Positions 60,891 through 64,000 of a DNA stretch of 64,000 nt are shown here, in pieces. A program made the position numbers and the translations under genes. The DNA is from Diadema antillarum. Lineage: Eukaryota. The first letter of the stretch is position 1. The number at the start of each line of letters is the position of its first letter. The notes below the pieces were generated by a model. That model worked only from the letters and a program-made list of their open reading frames with translations, did no database searches and was not told the origin of the DNA. Location of the stretch: the NCBI RefSeq assembly GCF_040938485.1, contig NW_027271013.1, forward strand, positions 124,001 through 188,000, written 5' to 3'.

Positions 60891-63800
60891 ATGTGGAATG
60901 TACCTTGTAATCAGTGGTTGGTATAGATACAGAGTTCTATCTGTTAATGTTTAGTCACTCTTAACATGCTTAGTAACAGTTTAAAATGCATTGCAGGAAA
61001 CATGAATGCAAACACGTTTCTTTGCAAGTGTGAAAGCCCTGACTGGCTTACAATTTCAGCGGTTGTTCTCTTCTGAATCCTTGCCAAGTTCCTTTCAAGC
61101 CTTGCTGTGCAGTGCTATTGTTTGCAAGATGCCATTCCAAATGTCCTGCAGGAATGTACTGATGGGGGTTTGATCCCCAAACCTTCTTTGTTCAGTGCTC
61201 ACTCACTGTGATGCCATGATGCCGTGTTTCCCAATTTTTGTGAGTCATTACTCTTTATGTTTTGCTTTCATCACTATAGTGGTTTCATATTGTGTTTCAA
61301 TTATCACATCTATATGTTAGGAATCAGTTTGTTTAATTTTTTTTTTTGTATTTGGCAGCATATCATAGAGAAGTGTAAATAGTCTGAATATTAAACATCT
61401 TAAATTCATTTTCAGTGTGAGCATTAGCTTTATTCAGATGTTCAGTATTATCTGAGAGGTGTATAGGCACTCATGCGATTTGATCCTTGTCATTCACTAC
61501 ACATAGAGAGGGTTGGAGTAGTGTTACGGCAGGCAGCATTTAGTCTGGAATTGTCCATTACCCTCAATGCCGATTGTAACCTTCGGGGTAGGCAGCAGGT
61601 ATTGGAAAGAAGAGATAGTTTTACGGCATAATCAAATAATGCCTCTACCTCGCAGTGTTCCTCCGTCTCAGGTATGCTTTCTTGCCATTGTCCAAGATCC
61701 TTACTTTGTGTTTCTATTTGTTACAGACTTGTCTTCTTCTTCTTTTTTTTTTAATTCCTCTAAAACGGAGACAAGGTGATACTGTCATAGTTTCAACAGT
61801 TTTTAAGTTGGATTGGATGGATTTCTCACTTCAGACAAGCTGTCCTTGCCTATTGAATTGTCTTGAGCACCTAATTTAAAGAAAGCTGTGTGAGGTTTGT
61901 TTTATGCTTATTTTTCACAACAGACACAAATAGCTGAGCATCTGTCAAGGCTTTTATCTAGTCACTGCATAGTCAAGTAATCTATATAAATGGTCTATAG
62001 ATCCTGGAGAATGATCCTTCAAGAGAAATTCTACTACAAAGTCAAAGTTTATCATTTTTGGTATTCTTTTTTTTACTTCAGATTTTCATAGTCATATTAA
62101 AAGTGGTCAGCACATTTTGTATATCTTGATGAAGTGAAAATTCACATCAGAGTATTCAAGTGCCTTTTTAACTTTAGCTTTGGTATCTAGTGCCATGGGT
62201 GTAATTTGATAGGATTTCTGCTGCTCTATCTTATGCCGCTCCCATTATTTGCATGTACACTATAGACCCTGAAATTTGGTTTTGATACTAAATATTGGCT
62301 CTATTTTGTTCTCTACTTTGTAAGTCTTGTATCGGAAACTCCTTAATGTGGCCAACTTCTTTAATGTGTATCACTTTCTTGAGAGTGCTATCTTCCTGAA
62401 GTCAGCTAGCAAGTCCTCCCACCTCCACTTTGTCCATGTCGCCATGGAAACCCATCAGTCTGTCATTGGTAGTCTCATTGCATTCTTCTTCTCCATGTAT
62501 CTCACCATCTTATGTTTTTGATCTTTACACGGTTCATTCCTGACATACTTTCACCAATAAATGTTCGTGTTGATTGCCAGGAATGCAAGAAAGACATGTG
62601 CTGAAAAAGATGGAATCATAGAATGTGGTGACTAGACAAGAAATGCTTGCAGAAATTTTATAAATTCGAAGAAATTAGTCCATTGTTTTCTTTCCATTTT
62701 CCATTTTTATTTGATTTTTAGTTCTGTGCTTATTCCGATGCAGGTTCAAAAATTTATCATAAATCTTGACTTAAGAGTTGCTTGATTTGAGCAATTTTTA
62801 TTTTTTTGCTTGCTGTAAGTCATATTGCAAAGATATATTTACATTGTATATGTTTTAACATTTCCTACACTACTAGATCTAGTATGACTGCCAACATTCC
62901 TTTTTCTGTTGGTGATGTTTATTCACTGTTGAGCACAAGAGTTCTATAGCAGCAACTTTTTTAATCGTTTACTGTGGAAATTCAAACAAAATTTTTAATT
63001 ATATGTTTTATATGGAATAGAATTTCTCTCTTTATTACACAAGCATAAAGAAAGAAAGAGAAAATATGGCTGGCATATCGGTAATCTGAATACAGCAGAT
63101 GAGTTTGTTTATTTTTTTAAATGCTGCACGGAGTTATGGGGATAATCCTACTTGACTGTGAAGTCAAATATGCAGATGTTATTGATTTCACGGCACATGC
63201 TGTAAACCTTCTACAACTTTGTGTACAATCCCCCGCCCACATCCCATCCTCCTCCAAACCAGTAATTATGTCTTACTCTAGTTGATACTAGTTGGGAAAG
63301 TTTGATCAGGAGTAATTTTCTGAGCTGTCTGGTGGAGTGGGTCCTTATTTCCCTGTTGCTGGAAGCTGATGATTACTTTGGCCTTTATATGACCTAAAGT
63401 TTGAAGCTTTCTGCACTAAAATTCATTAGAGTCCGTCTCGCGCTGACCCAGTTTTCTTGTAGCCGTAAGATTCCATGCTCAACAAAGTGTTTTCTTGTGC
63501 CGGACCGGTGTTTGATCACTTCATACAATCGTTGTTCCTGCTAATTCGATATGTGCTTAGGCTTCTTGTATTACGCCTGCATTTCATGAATTTGTTGGTC
63601 CAGATCGGGTGTGATAAGGTTTTAGCCTGGCGACTTCTTCGCTGGCCAAAATTGAGATGCTGCCCACTCCCTCTGTGATGTCCTACATCCGTTCTGGCAT
63701 TTTCCGCCAGCGGTAGGAACGGGAAAGCGGCATTTCGATGCAGGACCAGTTTCTTTATCTGTTTTAATAGATATTCAGTTTGTGCAAGTGTGACCTTGAT

Positions 63801-64000
63801 TATCATCCAGATATCAGCTTATGTAAGATTTTTTTTTTTTTTTTGGTTAAACTGAAGATCCTTCTCTGGATTTACTTAATGGGCATTCATGGAACATTAA
63901 GTGGGGCAACCTAGCTAATGTATCCCAGAATATCTCTTGTAGAGAAAAAGCTTTTTTTTTTTCTGAGTGGCAAAAGATTATTCTGGTTCCGGAGAACATG

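Noticed and set aside
63516-63806. 96-aa minus-strand ORF considered as a LINE reverse-transcriptase C-terminus
   Set aside because: No RT or RTE motifs (for example W.GHV.R) in any frame, and no 3' tail.

Overview
AT-rich animal genomic DNA. The repeat families, G/C homopolymers and excess of TACATGTA suggest an echinoderm, probably a sea urchin (inference). I can support only one protein-coding gene: an intronless class A GPCR of the somatostatin/allatostatin-C receptor family (+ strand, 11966-13129; alternative ATG at 11939). The rest is non-coding. It holds at least five families of non-autonomous DNA transposons (MITEs), two of them nested insertions with recoverable target-site duplications, plus microsatellites, two long hairpins and several CpG-rich patches. 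A 3.3-3.6 kb head-to-tail duplication (53985-60890) carries an identical 154-N gap in both copies and is probably an assembly or haplotype artefact. I found no tRNA, rRNA, CRISPR array, transposase or prokaryotic system, and nothing here is a demonstrable new biological system. The best leads are: (i) the receptor's unusual pocket (D3.32 kept, D5.46 gained, sodium-site/toggle residues changed to V3.39, Y6.48 and H7.45); (ii) a speculative antisense ORF just upstream with a GKR-flanked peptide; (iii) an 85-bp piggyBac-like element found twice at TTAA sites of other MITEs; (iv) two pre-miRNA-sized hairpins and a degenerate hammerhead-like motif.
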